Part shown: positions 29,341-40,322 of the stretch, in pieces
Position numbering within the stretch: the first letter of the stretch is position 1
Layout: every line of letters begins with the position of its first letter
DNA from: an uncultured Gammaproteobacteria bacterium
GTDB lineage: Bacteria > Pseudomonadota > Gammaproteobacteria > JACCXJ01
Length of the DNA: 64,000 nucleotides
NCBI GenBank assembly: GCA_963764725.1
Contig: CAVXTM010000004.1
Span: 1 to 64,000, forward strand
Direction of reading: 5' to 3'
Translations under genes and position numbers: made by a program
The notes under the pieces: generated by a model
What the model was told of the DNA's origin: nothing
Databases searched by the model: none
The model's input: the letters and a program-made list of their open reading frames with translations, nothing else

Positions 29341-30393
29341 CTAAGCTTTAGTAGTAGCGCCAGATTTTGACATTAGGTGTGCGATCCAACGGGTTGACGG
29401 ATTCTGTTCCCAGACGGTGAAAAGTGCGATTGTCAGGGGGAGGCCGATAAATGCCCCGGGCATGCCCCATAGAAAATCCCAGATTATAAATGCGAACAGC
29501 ATCACGAAGGGTGAAATTGCGAGAGCGGTGCCAGCCAGCATCGGCTCCAGGTAGCTGCCGATCACAAATTGGATCAGGTACAAACTCCCGAAAATGATCA
29601 CCGCCATCTGCCACGATTCGAATTGCACGGCCGCGAAAATCACTGGAAGGACGACGGCTATAAGTGTGCCGAGATAAGGGATGTAGTTCAACACAAACGA
29701 TATGATGCCCCATTCGACTGGGAGTTCAAGCCCGACAGAAAGCGCGAAGATAAAGACCGCCAAGCCGGTCACAGCACTCGCCACGGTGCGTATGAGCATG
29801 TATGTCCGGATTTTCTTGGCAATCTGACTGCTCGTTTCCGACAAACTCCAACCACTCAATTTCTTGTCCAGCGCTTCAATTTTCATTTTGAAGTCGCCGA
29901 TTTCCGCAAGCCCAAACATCAGAAATAAAAATACGACAAGAGAGAAGCCAACAAAATAATTGACTTGTGCCGCGATATACTGAAAGACGCCAACGAACCA
30001 GGACTTATCGAAGCCAGTGGACAAGTCCAATGTAAAAATCTCATTTCCCTCAAGCCATTGATTTGCCCGCATGTACAGAGATTGAAAGCGGTCAACGTTA
30101 GCCACGGCCCAATGACCAACTTCGCCAACACTCCAGATAATTGCCCACACAAGTATTGAGATGACAAGGAGTGTCAAGAGAACGCTGAGGGTGAGCGCAA
30201 TAGGCTTCCCCATCCTCGCCTCAGCCGCTTCATGGAAGGGTGCAACAAGAGCCATGATGAAGAGCACGAACGCGATCGGCTCTAACACGATGCGAGCAAA
30301 ATGAAGAGCGGCGGCTACGAGAACCACAGCCAAAATGGCGGAAACGATGCGATCTGGTCCGGCGCCAGTCACGACTGCTTCCTCATTGCTCAT
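29341..30393 (-). CDS. AI-2E-family transporter
   Basis: FVLNYIPYLGT, GSYLEP, WDFLWGMPGAFIGLP. Confidence 0.85.
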   Translation of the reverse strand: MSNEEAVVTGAGPDRIVSAILAVVLVAAALHFARIVLEPIAFVLFIMALVAPFHEAAEARMGKPIALTLSVLLTLLVISILVWAIIWSVGEVGHWAVANVDRFQSLYMRANQWLEGNEIFTLDLSTGFDKSWFVGVFQYIAAQVNYFVGFSLVVFLFLMFGLAEIGDFKMKIEALDKKLSGWSLSETSSQIAKKIRTYMLIRTVASAVTGLAVFIFALSVGLELPVEWGIISFVLNYIPYLGTLIAVVLPVIFAAVQFESWQMAVIIFGSLYLIQFVIGSYLEPMLAGTALAISPFVMLFAFIIWDFLWGMPGAFIGLPLTIALFTVWEQNPSTRWIAHLMSKSGATTKA

Positions 30394-31137
30394 TTTCCTG
30401 CCCGCCGTCTTTCGGTCTCGAGGTGCTAGCGACGTTGCGCCACAGGATAGCACCTCGGATGACGCACGATAAGCACGTTTGAGATTAAACCACAATGCCG
30501 TTGCCCTCATCGCTCTCATTGCCATGGAACCGCACGACATACGACGCCGGCGTGTCGATCAGCATTAGAACCGCCGGCGCCCGTCCGTTATCGCAAAGGC
30601 CATCCGTCCCCAGAACACCTTCGAAGCAATCAAGATTAAGTCGCGCACCATGGAAACCGCTTTCCCCAGAATCCGCCGGAAGAGGGGATGATAGCCCCGA
30701 AATCGGCAACGTATCATGGGCTAGCAAATGTTTTTTCACAAGGCCGGCCGTAAACAGCGCTCGAGGCATGGACACTGGCCGCGCAGATACTTCGACATTG
30801 TCATGATCGGCATTGTGATTGCGGTTATGCTCTGGTGCACGCGGCATAACCGGGGCATACTTGCTGTCGAGCGACGCCGCTAGACGCACGTCCCGAAAAA
30901 GTTGCTCGGCTTTTTCGATCATGCTCCGGCTCTTTGATTTTGAGCTGCGTCCTTATCGAGCAAATGATTCCATTTGGTCAGGACACGCTCTAAGAGAACA
31001 CGACCCAAGCATCAGCACCAATGGAGCTCTATGAGCGATGCTCGCTTTGCGACTCTGCGTCGCGCGCGGAAAAGCGGTAAAGTGCGTGACGCCTCGGTCT
31101 AGCTGTCTTACAATGTTAAAATTGTGATGGCCGTTAC

Positions 31138-32184
31138 ATGACCAAAAAATCGGCCAAGGCAGCCCCCTCGCGCGATCCCGTCCTTGTCGATTTTGCGCTG
31201 CAGGGAGGAGGCTCGCATGGGGCATTCACCTGGGGCGTGCTCGATCGTCTGCTGGAGGAGCCTTGGCTTGGAATCGACGGCATTTCCGGCACCTCCGCTG
31301 GCGCCATGAATGCCGCAGTGCTTGTCGATGGCTTCGCGGAAGGCGGGGCGGCTGGCGCACGGATGGCCTTAGAGAGTTTCTGGCGCCGCGTCTCCGAGGC
31401 GGCTCGCTTTAGCCCTTTCCGGCGCGGTCCGCTCGATGTGCTTCTCGGCCGCTGGACATTGGATTCCTCACCCATCTATGTCGGCATGGATCTCCTCTCC
31501 CGCCTGGTCTCGCCCTATGATTTGAATCCAATGGGCAACAATCCATTGCGCGCAATTCTGGGCGAACTCATCAATTTCGAACGGCTGGCGCAAGCGCCCA
31601 TCAAGCTCTTCATCACCGCCACCAATGTCCGGACTGGGCGCGGTCATGTGTTCAAGAACAACGCTATTACGCCGGACGTTCTGCTCGCCTCGGCCTGTCT
31701 GCCCACCATGTTCCAGGCCATCGAGATTGACGGCGAGCCCTACTGGGACGGAGGTTATTCCGGCAATCCCACGCTTACGCCCCTCATTCGGGAGTGCAAA
31801 TCGCAAGACACCATTCTCATTCAGATAAACCCGGTCGAGCGCAAAGGATCACCGCGCTCCGCCTCCGAGATTATGAACCGTCTGAATGAAGTGTCCTTCA
31901 ACGCCGTTCTACTGAAGGAGCTGCGCATGATCGCCTTGCTGCGGCAAGTCGCCAATCCGGGCGACAGCGAGGGCGCGCAATGGGCCGGCATGCGCATCCA
32001 CCGCGTCGCGAGCGAGATGATGACGGACCTCGGCGCCTCCTCCAAGCTCAACGCGGAATGGGAATTCTTTTCCCTGCTACACGAGGAAGGGCGAAGGTCT
32101 GCGCAAGTCTTTTTGGAGACGCATGCATCGGATATCGGGCGTCGCTCAACCCTGGATCTCGACGTTTTGCTGGAACAGGTCTGA
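31138..32184 (+). CDS. patatin-like phospholipase/esterase
   Basis: GGGSHG, GTSAG, YWDGG motifs. Confidence 0.9.
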   Translation: MTKKSAKAAPSRDPVLVDFALQGGGSHGAFTWGVLDRLLEEPWLGIDGISGTSAGAMNAAVLVDGFAEGGAAGARMALESFWRRVSEAARFSPFRRGPLDVLLGRWTLDSSPIYVGMDLLSRLVSPYDLNPMGNNPLRAILGELINFERLAQAPIKLFITATNVRTGRGHVFKNNAITPDVLLASACLPTMFQAIEIDGEPYWDGGYSGNPTLTPLIRECKSQDTILIQINPVERKGSPRSASEIMNRLNEVSFNAVLLKELRMIALLRQVANPGDSEGAQWAGMRIHRVASEMMTDLGASSKLNAEWEFFSLLHEEGRRSAQVFLETHASDIGRRSTLDLDVLLEQV

Positions 32185-32187
32185 CGC

Positions 32188-33636
32188 ATGGGACTTTTCG
32201 GCATTCTTCTCGCTCTCGGTCTCTTGGTCTGGCTGGCGTATCGGGGCTGGAGCGTGCTTCTTCTCGCTCCAGCCGCCGCCGTCCTCGCGGCAGGATTGGC
32301 CGGAGAGCCGCTGCTCGCCCACTGGACGCAAACCTTCATGGGGAGCGCCGCGCGCTTCATCATGCAGTTCTTCCCGATTTTTCTCCTCGGCGCCCTGTTC
32401 GGCAAACTGATGGCGGACAGCGGCTCCGTGTCGGCCATCGCCAGCGTCATGACCGAGCGCCTCGGCGCAAAGCGGGCGGTGCTGGCGGTGGTGCTCGCTG
32501 GTGCTCTCGTCACCTATGGCGGCGTCAGCCTCTTCGTCGCCTTCTTCGTGCTCGCCCCCATGGCGCATGAGCTATTTCGCGCAGCCGCAATCCCGAAGCG
32601 GCTGATGCCGGCGGCGATCGCGCTCGGCACATCGACCTTCACCATGTCGGCGCTGCCCGGAACGCCTGCGATCCAGAACGCGATCCCAATGCCGTTTTTC
32701 GGCACCACGCCGTTCGCGGCGCCGGGCCTTGGCGTCATCGCCTCGATCATCATGCTGGGGTTCGGCCTTTGGTGGCTTGCCCGCGTTGAGGCCAAGGCTC
32801 GCCGCAAGGGCGAAGGCTATGGGACGGAAGCACCCGCCGAAGATGCGGCGGAGGATCCGACCGTCCGCGAGCGCGCAACGACCTCCAGCACGTTCGATCC
32901 TGCGGAGATTCGCCACGGCCATCAAAGCGATGCAGCTCCATCCATTGCCCTGGCCGTTTTGCCGCTCGCCGTTGTGGTCGGCGTCAATCTCTTGATGTCG
33001 CTGTTTGTATTGCCTCGTCTCGACGCTTCTTATCTCGCCGACGAGGCTTGGGGTTCGACATCGCTGTCCGCCGTCGGAGGCGTGTGGGCGGTTGTGACCG
33101 CGCTCGCGGCCGCCATCATCATCCTGATCGCAGTCAACTATCGGCGTCTGCCCGCGCTGCGCGCGAGCATGGACGCCGGCGCCAACGCATCCGCCCTGCC
33201 CGTGTTGAGCGTCGCCAGCCTCGTCGGCTTTGGCTCGGTCATCGCGGCCCTTCCCGCCTTCGCGATGGTGCGCGATTGGGTGCTGGGAATCGAGGGCGGT
33301 CCGCTGGTTTCGCTGGCGGTGGCGACGAACGTGCTCGCCTCACTCACCGGGTCGGCGTCGGGCGGACTGACGATCGCGCTCACCGCGCTCGGCGAGACCT
33401 ATATGCGCCTTGCCGGCCAGATGGGCATCGACCCGGGGCTGATGCACCGCGTCGCCGTCATCGGCGCGGGCACGCTCGACAGTCTGCCGCACAACGGAGC
33501 GGTGGTTACCCTGCTTGCAGTCTGCAATTCGACCCATCGCGAGAGCTATCTCGACATCGTCATGGTGTCCATCGTCGGCGGCCTGCTCGCGCTCGCCGCT
33601 GTGATTGGGTTGGGAACTGCTTTCGGATCGTTCTAG
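32188..33636 (+). CDS. GntP-family permease (3-hydroxybutyrate permease-like)
   Basis: TYGGVSLFV, PGTPAIQN, TGSASGG, DSLPHNGAV. Confidence 0.85.
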   Translation: MGLFGILLALGLLVWLAYRGWSVLLLAPAAAVLAAGLAGEPLLAHWTQTFMGSAARFIMQFFPIFLLGALFGKLMADSGSVSAIASVMTERLGAKRAVLAVVLAGALVTYGGVSLFVAFFVLAPMAHELFRAAAIPKRLMPAAIALGTSTFTMSALPGTPAIQNAIPMPFFGTTPFAAPGLGVIASIIMLGFGLWWLARVEAKARRKGEGYGTEAPAEDAAEDPTVRERATTSSTFDPAEIRHGHQSDAAPSIALAVLPLAVVVGVNLLMSLFVLPRLDASYLADEAWGSTSLSAVGGVWAVVTALAAAIIILIAVNYRRLPALRASMDAGANASALPVLSVASLVGFGSVIAALPAFAMVRDWVLGIEGGPLVSLAVATNVLASLTGSASGGLTIALTALGETYMRLAGQMGIDPGLMHRVAVIGAGTLDSLPHNGAVVTLLAVCNSTHRESYLDIVMVSIVGGLLALAAVIGLGTAFGSF

Positions 33637-33966
33637 AATTTCGCCCTCAGGCCGCAGCGCGCTCCCGCGCAGGCTCCTTGACGCGGAACCAAGCGACGTA
33701 AAGTGCGGGCAGGACGATCAACCGACGCCATTTTCTGCTAATACTCGTCAATATTTATGCAACTGGAAGGTTAACCAATCCGCTCGCTCCCAGTCACCGT
33801 TGACGTAGAAGAAAAAGTGCGTTAGAAATTCTTATCCGCGTCAGTTTTCAAAAATATCTCAATCCGCGATCTTGTGCTGTATGTTTGTGAGAACAGGTAT
33901 GGCTTCATTTGACGTATCGGGAAGTCGGTTAAAAATTGGCGTTAAATTTCTACTAGAGGCTGGCAT

Positions 33967-36594
33967 ATGAAGCAAGACCTAGGGGAAGCTGTAAAAGAGG
34001 CCAATGACATCTTAGCGGGCAAACGATCCACGCCGGATGAATTGCTGAAACTGGTGAGTAGCCTGCACAAAAATCGGCAGTTTGGGCTGGCGCGCAAGCT
34101 CCTCGACCACTACAGCGGCGATCGCCGAGTGACCAGTGATCCAAAGCTCCGCCTGAAGTTTGCCCAAAAGCGTGCGCTCTCCACATATAAAGATCCTGAT
34201 CTCCAAGCTGATAAAAAGCTGGAACGGGCACTGCAAATCCTGAAAGAGGCAGATGATCTCGGCAAGACGAAAGATCAAGAAACACTTGGGCAAGCCGGCG
34301 CCATCTACAAGCGTCTCTGGGAACTCACCGCGCAAGAGCGGCATCTGAAAACATCTCTTAGCTACTACCTTCGAGGCTACAATGAAGGCGTGAAGTCGGA
34401 TTATGGATATACCGCCATCAATGCTGCCTTCGTGCATGATCAGCTAGCAGACCTGGAAGCTCCGGAATTTCAGCTTCCGGATGGCCTTGGCGGAACAGTA
34501 CCGCGGCAACTATGGGAACAGGCGCGGGCTATTCGAGAATCTATCGTGGTGACCCTCCCCAGCCTGCCTGAAGAGCTTGGGCAGACGTGGCTTAATGAGA
34601 CTTGGTGGTTTTTGGCCACAGTCGGCGAGGCCTATTTCGGTCTCGGTAACTACGAAGAAGCCGGAAAATGGTTGATGAGGGCTGCAGCGCTTTCGGACGT
34701 GTCTGACTGGGAGCGTGAAAGTACTGCCCGGCAGCTTGCCACCTTATTGCGGCTCCAGCAACGCGCAGTTGAGCGCAACGGTGGACGGATTGACCCGGGT
34801 GCTGAGAAAGTGCTCAGAGAGTTCCTCGGCAACAGCTATGCGGCGATGACCTCGGTTATCCAAGGCAAAGTCGGGCTGGCGTTATCAGGGGGAGGTTTCC
34901 GGGCTTCTCTCTACCACATCGGCGTACTGGCCAAGCTCGCGGAGCTCGATCTACTGCGTCATGTGGAGTACCTCTCCTGTGTGTCCGGGGGATCAATCAT
35001 CGGGGCACATTATTACTTGGAAGTACGCAAGCTGCTCCAAGAAAAAGCTGACCAGGAGATCAAACGGGAAGACTATATCAATATGGTCATGCGGATTTCC
35101 GAACAGTTTCTCGAAGGCGTGGAGCGCAATATCCGCACGTGGATCGCCGCCGAGTGGAAGACCAATCTAAAAATGATATATGCGCGAGATTACTCGCGCA
35201 CGATGCGCGCGGGCGAGCTGTATGAGACGGAGCTCTATTCGAAAGTAGCGGACGGCGAAGGCGATAAGGAGCGATGGCTCAACGAGCTGAAAATCTTTCC
35301 GAAAGGCGAACCCGGATTTATGCCAAAGGATCATAACTGGCGCCGCTCGGCCAAAGTCCCGATCCTCATCCTGAATGCTACCACACTCAACACCGGCCAC
35401 AACTGGCAGTTCACCGCTACCTGGATGGGCGAGCCGCCCGCCTCCATCAACTCTGAAGTCGATGCCAACTACCGACTGCGGCGTATGTACTATGAGGATG
35501 CTCCGGAACCGCACAAGCGTATGCGCCTTGGCTACGCGGTCGCCGCCTCAGCCTGTGTGCCCGGCATCTTTGAGCCGCTCCCTCTCGTTGACCTCTATGA
35601 ACGGATACCCCAGGACGGCAATTCCAGAATTCGGCCTATAGTGAGGCTTGTGGATGGCGGCGTACACGATAATCAGGGTATAGCTGCGCTCTTGGAACAG
35701 AGCTGCTCGGTGATGCTGGTCAGCGACGCCAGTGGTCAGATGGAAGCCCAAGACTTTCCTAAAAATAGCCTGCTTGGTGTGCCCCTGCGGGCAAACAACA
35801 TCTTACAAGCGCGCGTTCGCGTAAGCCAGTTTCAGGATCTGGATGGGCGACAGCGTGGCGGCTTGCTAAAAGGCCTGATGTTCGTACATCTCAAAAAAGA
35901 TCTCGAAACCATGCCGGTAGATTGGATCGATTCCCAGGATCCTTCTATCCCCCAGCGGCTATCTCCATTGACCAGCTATGGTGTCCAGCGATCCGTACAG
36001 CGTCGACTCGCAGCGATCCGCACTGATCTGGATTCCTTTTCGGAAGCCGAAGCCTATGCACTCATGACCGACGGTTACCTGATGACTGAACAGGCGTTGA
36101 AAGAGCCTGATGCCCTCGGTTTCCCGGTAAAGCAGGAGAGTCGCGAACCGTGGAAGTTCTTGCAAATCGAGCCTCTGATAAAGCAGCCCGGCGCCGATAA
36201 CCCGCTACTTCTGCAGCTTAAGGTTGCCGATAAGCTCTTCTTCAAGGTTTGGCTATTAGTGCGATGGTTGCAGCTAGCGGCAGGCGTGATAGTTTTGTTG
36301 TTGCTGGTAATGCTTGGCTATGCGCTGTGGGGATGGTGGACCAAGCAGATCATCAGCTTGACCGTAGGGGGTGCTGTTCTGGCTGTGGCCACGACCGCTC
36401 TGACTATGGCCGGCCTTGCCATCATTTTCAGAATCCTCAATTACCGCAAGACCCTCCAGGAGGTGCTGATCGGTTTGGGCATGGTGTCTGTCGGCACATT
36501 AGTGGCCCGTCTTCATCTGCATGTATTTGACCGGCTGTTCCTTTGGCAGGGCAGGCTGGAGAGATTGCTCACGAAGCCAGCCGGTAATGTTTAA
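33967..36594 (+). CDS. TPR/MAP3K-TRAF-binding-like domain + patatin/cPLA2-like phospholipase + C-terminal TM helices
   Basis: DQETLGQAGAIYKRLWE..YTAINAA..WWFLAT.GEA.FGLG, then GLALSGGGFRA, SCVSGGS, LVDGG. Confidence 0.85.
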   Translation: MKQDLGEAVKEANDILAGKRSTPDELLKLVSSLHKNRQFGLARKLLDHYSGDRRVTSDPKLRLKFAQKRALSTYKDPDLQADKKLERALQILKEADDLGKTKDQETLGQAGAIYKRLWELTAQERHLKTSLSYYLRGYNEGVKSDYGYTAINAAFVHDQLADLEAPEFQLPDGLGGTVPRQLWEQARAIRESIVVTLPSLPEELGQTWLNETWWFLATVGEAYFGLGNYEEAGKWLMRAAALSDVSDWERESTARQLATLLRLQQRAVERNGGRIDPGAEKVLREFLGNSYAAMTSVIQGKVGLALSGGGFRASLYHIGVLAKLAELDLLRHVEYLSCVSGGSIIGAHYYLEVRKLLQEKADQEIKREDYINMVMRISEQFLEGVERNIRTWIAAEWKTNLKMIYARDYSRTMRAGELYETELYSKVADGEGDKERWLNELKIFPKGEPGFMPKDHNWRRSAKVPILILNATTLNTGHNWQFTATWMGEPPASINSEVDANYRLRRMYYEDAPEPHKRMRLGYAVAASACVPGIFEPLPLVDLYERIPQDGNSRIRPIVRLVDGGVHDNQGIAALLEQSCSVMLVSDASGQMEAQDFPKNSLLGVPLRANNILQARVRVSQFQDLDGRQRGGLLKGLMFVHLKKDLETMPVDWIDSQDPSIPQRLSPLTSYGVQRSVQRRLAAIRTDLDSFSEAEAYALMTDGYLMTEQALKEPDALGFPVKQESREPWKFLQIEPLIKQPGADNPLLLQLKVADKLFFKVWLLVRWLQLAAGVIVLLLLVMLGYALWGWWTKQIISLTVGGAVLAVATTALTMAGLAIIFRILNYRKTLQEVLIGLGMVSVGTLVARLHLHVFDRLFLWQGRLERLLTKPAGNV

Positions 36595-36753
36595 ATCTGT
36601 TGTTGCAAGATGTATTGGCCGACGTGTTTGACAGCTAATAGGTTCGGTCGTATCTTCCCTTAATCCAGAGCACTCACTCGGGGAGTATCGGGACAGTATG
36701 AGATCAACCTTCCGCTTCGGACCCGATCCCGACGATTTTCACGGAGCACGCGG

Positions 36754-39495
36754 GTGAGCACGGCGGTGGACGTCGGATCCGAGGTCGAAGTCACGCCTTG
36801 GCATGCCCTGCCTGCGGAGGAAGTGGCTCACCGGCTGGACACCAAGGCCGAGTCGGGTCTCGACGCCGGCGAAGTCTCGCGCCGCCTCGAGAAGTACGGC
36901 CGCAACCGCTTGCCGGAAGGGGTGAAGCGGGGCCCCTGCTGCGATTCCTGCTGCAGTTCAACAACATCCTCGTCTACGTCCTGCTCGCCGCCGGGTTCGT
37001 CAAGCTGATGCTCGGCCTGTGGCTCGACGCGTCGGTCATCCTGGGCGTCGTCATCCTCAACGCGCTGCTCGGGTTCATCCAGGAGGGAAGGGCGGAGAAG
37101 GCCCTGGATTCGATCCGCAACATGCTCTCCGCGGAGGCCCGGACCGTGCGCGACGGGGAGACCCGGCTGATCCCGGCCGAGGAGCTGGTGCCGGGCGACG
37201 TCGTGCTCCTCGAATCGGGCGACCGGATCCCGGCGGACCTTCGCCTCGTCGACGTGAAGAACCTGCGGACGGAAGAGGCGGCGCTCACGGGCGAGTCGGT
37301 TCCCGCGGACAAGTCCACGGACGCCGTGGCCGCCAACGCGACGGTCGGCGATCGCGACGGCATGGCCTTTTCCGGAACGCTGGTGGTGTCCGGTCGCGCG
37401 ACGGGAGTCGTCGTCGGCACGGGGAGCGACACCGAGCTGGGTCGCATCAACCAGATGCTCGCCGCCGTCAGCCCGCTCGAGACGCCGCTGCTGCGGCAGA
37501 TCAAGAAGTTCGGCTACGCGATCACCGCGGTCATCGGCGTGGTGAGCGTTCTGGTGTTCGCCTACGGCAGATGGGTGCAGGGCATGCCGTTCGTGGAGCT
37601 CTTCCAGGCGGTGGTCAGCATCGCGGTGTCGATCATTCCGGAGGGGCTGCCCGCGCTCATCACCATCACGCTCGCGATCGGCGTGCAGCGCATGGCCCAA
37701 CGCAACGCCATCATCCGGCGCCTGCCGGCCGTGGAGACGCTGGGCTCGGTCTCGCGGATCTGCTCCGACAAGACGGGCACGCTCACGCTGATGGAGATGA
37801 TGGTGGTCTCGGCCGTCACGGCCGATTCGGCGTACACGGTGACCGGCGACGGCTACGCGCCCGAGGGCGAGGTCCTGAAGGATGGAAAGCCCGCCGGCGA
37901 GGATCCCGTGCTGAGGCTCATGGGGCGCGTCTCCATGCTCTGCAACGATGCGGAGCTGCGCCAGGAGGAAGGCGTCTGGAAGGTCGAGGGCGATCCGACC
38001 GAGGGGGCGCTCTACCCGTTCGCATCCAAGCTCGGGCTCGAACGGCAGGCCGAACAGACGGCGTATCCCCGGATCGACGCCATCCCGTTCGAATCGGAGC
38101 ACCGGTTCATGGCGACGCTGCACAAGGACGGGCGGCGGCAAGCAGATGCTCCTGGTCAAAGGCGCGCCGGAAGTCATCCTCGAGCACTGCGATCGGCAGG
38201 CGACCAGGAGCGGACAGCCGGCGCCGATCGATCGCGACCATTGGATGAAGGCGTCGGACCAGCTCGCGGCGCAGGGCGAGCGCGTGCTGGCCCTCGCGTG
38301 GCTGGAGAATCCGGGCCTCGAGGCGGGCAACCTCGGTCCGGCGGACCTGCCGAAGAACCTGGTCCTGCTCGGCCTGATCGGGCTGCTCGATCCGCCGCGC
38401 AAGGAGGCGATCGAGGCGGTGAAGGAATGCCACGCCGGCGGCATCCGCGTGACGATGATCACCGGCGATCACAAGATCACCGCGGCGGCGATCGCCAAGA
38501 TGCTCGGCATCGGCGACGGCAAGACGGCGATCACCGGGGCCGAGATCGAGGAGATGGACACCGCCACGCTGCAGGAGCGGGTCCGCGACGTCGACGTGTT
38601 CGCGCGCTCGAGCCCCGAGCACAAGCTGCGTCTCGTGAAGGCGATCCAGGCGAACAGGCAGATCGTGGCGATGACCGGCGACGGGGTGAACGACGCGCCG
38701 GCCCTCAAGAAGGCCGACATCGGCGTCGCGATGGGGATCAAGGGCACCGAGGTCACCAAGGAGGCGGCCGAGATGGTGCTCGCCGACGACAACTTCGCCT
38801 CGATCACGGCGGCCGTCCGCGAAGGGCGCACGGTCTACAACAACATCGAGAAGGCGATCCTCTTCATGCTGCCGACGAACGTCGCCCAGGGGCTGGTCAT
38901 CCTGGTGGCGATCTTCGTGGGCTTCACCGCGCCGATCACCGCGCCGCAGATCCTGTGGGTCAACATGGTGACGTCGGTCGCGCTCGGGCTCGTCATCTCC
39001 TTCGAGCCGCACGAGCTCGACGTCATGCAGCGGCCGCCGCGCGCGGTCGATCGTCCGATCCTGGACGGCTTCGGGATCTGGCGCGTCGTCTTCGTCGGTC
39101 TGGCGCTGCTCGCGCTCACCTTGTGGGCGTTCTTCTGGATGAAGTCCCAGGACGCATCGGACGAGCTCGCCCGGGCGGTCGCGGTGAACGCGCTGGTGAT
39201 CGGCCAGATCTTCTATCTGCTCAACAGCCGCTACAAGCTGGACTCGTCGCTGTCCCTCAAGGCGCATCTCGGCAACCAGTACCTGCCGCTGGGCATCGGC
39301 GCGGTGGTGATCCTGCAGCTCCTGTTCACCTATGCGCCTCCGCTCCAGGCTCTGTTCGACACCGAGGCGGTACCGCTCCGGATCTGGCCGTGGCTCTTCC
39401 TCGGAGGCCTGCTGTTCTTCCTCGTCGTGGAGGTCGAGAAGCTGGTGATTCGCGCCGCCCGCGGTTCCCCGCGCCGCGACCCGGCCCCGGCGTAG
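36754..39495 (+). CDS. P-type cation-transporting ATPase (frameshifts near 36935 and 38130)
   Basis: LTGES, IPEGLP, CSDKTGTLT, KGAPE, MITGD, TGDGVNDAPAL. Confidence 0.9.
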
Positions 39496-39519
39496 ACGGA
39501 AGGACGCGAGGCGACACCG

Positions 39520-40311
39520 ATGGCGATCGACGAGCCGATGAAGCGAGCGGAATACGAGAAGGCGCTGCGCGAGCTGCAGGTCGAGCTGTGCGCGCTGCAG
39601 GACTGGGTCAAGGAGCACGGTCAGCGGGTGGTCGTGGTCTTCGAGGGGCGCGACGCCGCCGGCAAAGGCGGCACGATCAAGGCCATCACCGAGCGCGTGA
39701 GCCCGCGCGTCTTCCGCGTGGTGGCGCTGCCGGCGCCTTCCGACCGCGAGAGGTCGCAGATCTACATGCAGCGCTTCCTCGAGCACTTCCCGGCCGCGGG
39801 CGAGATCGTGATATTCGACCGCAGCTGGTACAACCGGGCCGGGGTCGAGTACGTGATGGGATTCTGCTCGAAGGCCCAGCACCGTCGCTTCCTCGTGATC
39901 TGCCCCGAGTTCGAGAGGTATGTCGTCGACGACGGCATCCTGCTGATCAAGTACTGGCTCGAGGTGAGCGAGGGGGAGCAGAAGCGCCGCTTCGAGGCGC
40001 GCATCACCGATCCGCTGCGCCAGTGGAAGCTGAGTCCGACGGATCTGTGCTCGCGGAGCCGGTGGTTCGAGTATTCGCGGGCGCGCGACACGATGCTCGA
40101 GGCCACGGATACGGAGTTCGCGCCTTGGTACATCGTCCCCTCGGACGACAAGCGGCGCGCGCGGCTCAACTGCATCAGTCACCTGCTCGGCCTGATCCCT
40201 TACAAGAAGGTGCCCCGCAAGAAGGTGAAGCTTCCCGCGCGCTCGAGAAAGGCCGCCTACGACGACCAGGCGACGCTCGAGAGCAGGCGTTTCGTTCCCG
40301 CGAAGTACTAG
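39520..40311 (+). CDS. ppk2: polyphosphate kinase 2
   Basis: FEGRDAAGKGG, FDRSWYNR, WKLSP.D. Confidence 0.93.
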   Translation: MAIDEPMKRAEYEKALRELQVELCALQDWVKEHGQRVVVVFEGRDAAGKGGTIKAITERVSPRVFRVVALPAPSDRERSQIYMQRFLEHFPAAGEIVIFDRSWYNRAGVEYVMGFCSKAQHRRFLVICPEFERYVVDDGILLIKYWLEVSEGEQKRRFEARITDPLRQWKLSPTDLCSRSRWFEYSRARDTMLEATDTEFAPWYIVPSDDKRRARLNCISHLLGLIPYKKVPRKKVKLPARSRKAAYDDQATLESRRFVPAKY

Positions 40312-40322
40312 GAGCGCGCTCG

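Noticed and set aside
30485-30922. 145-aa minus-strand ORF
   Set aside because: Probably a gene fragment or chimera. No family recognised.
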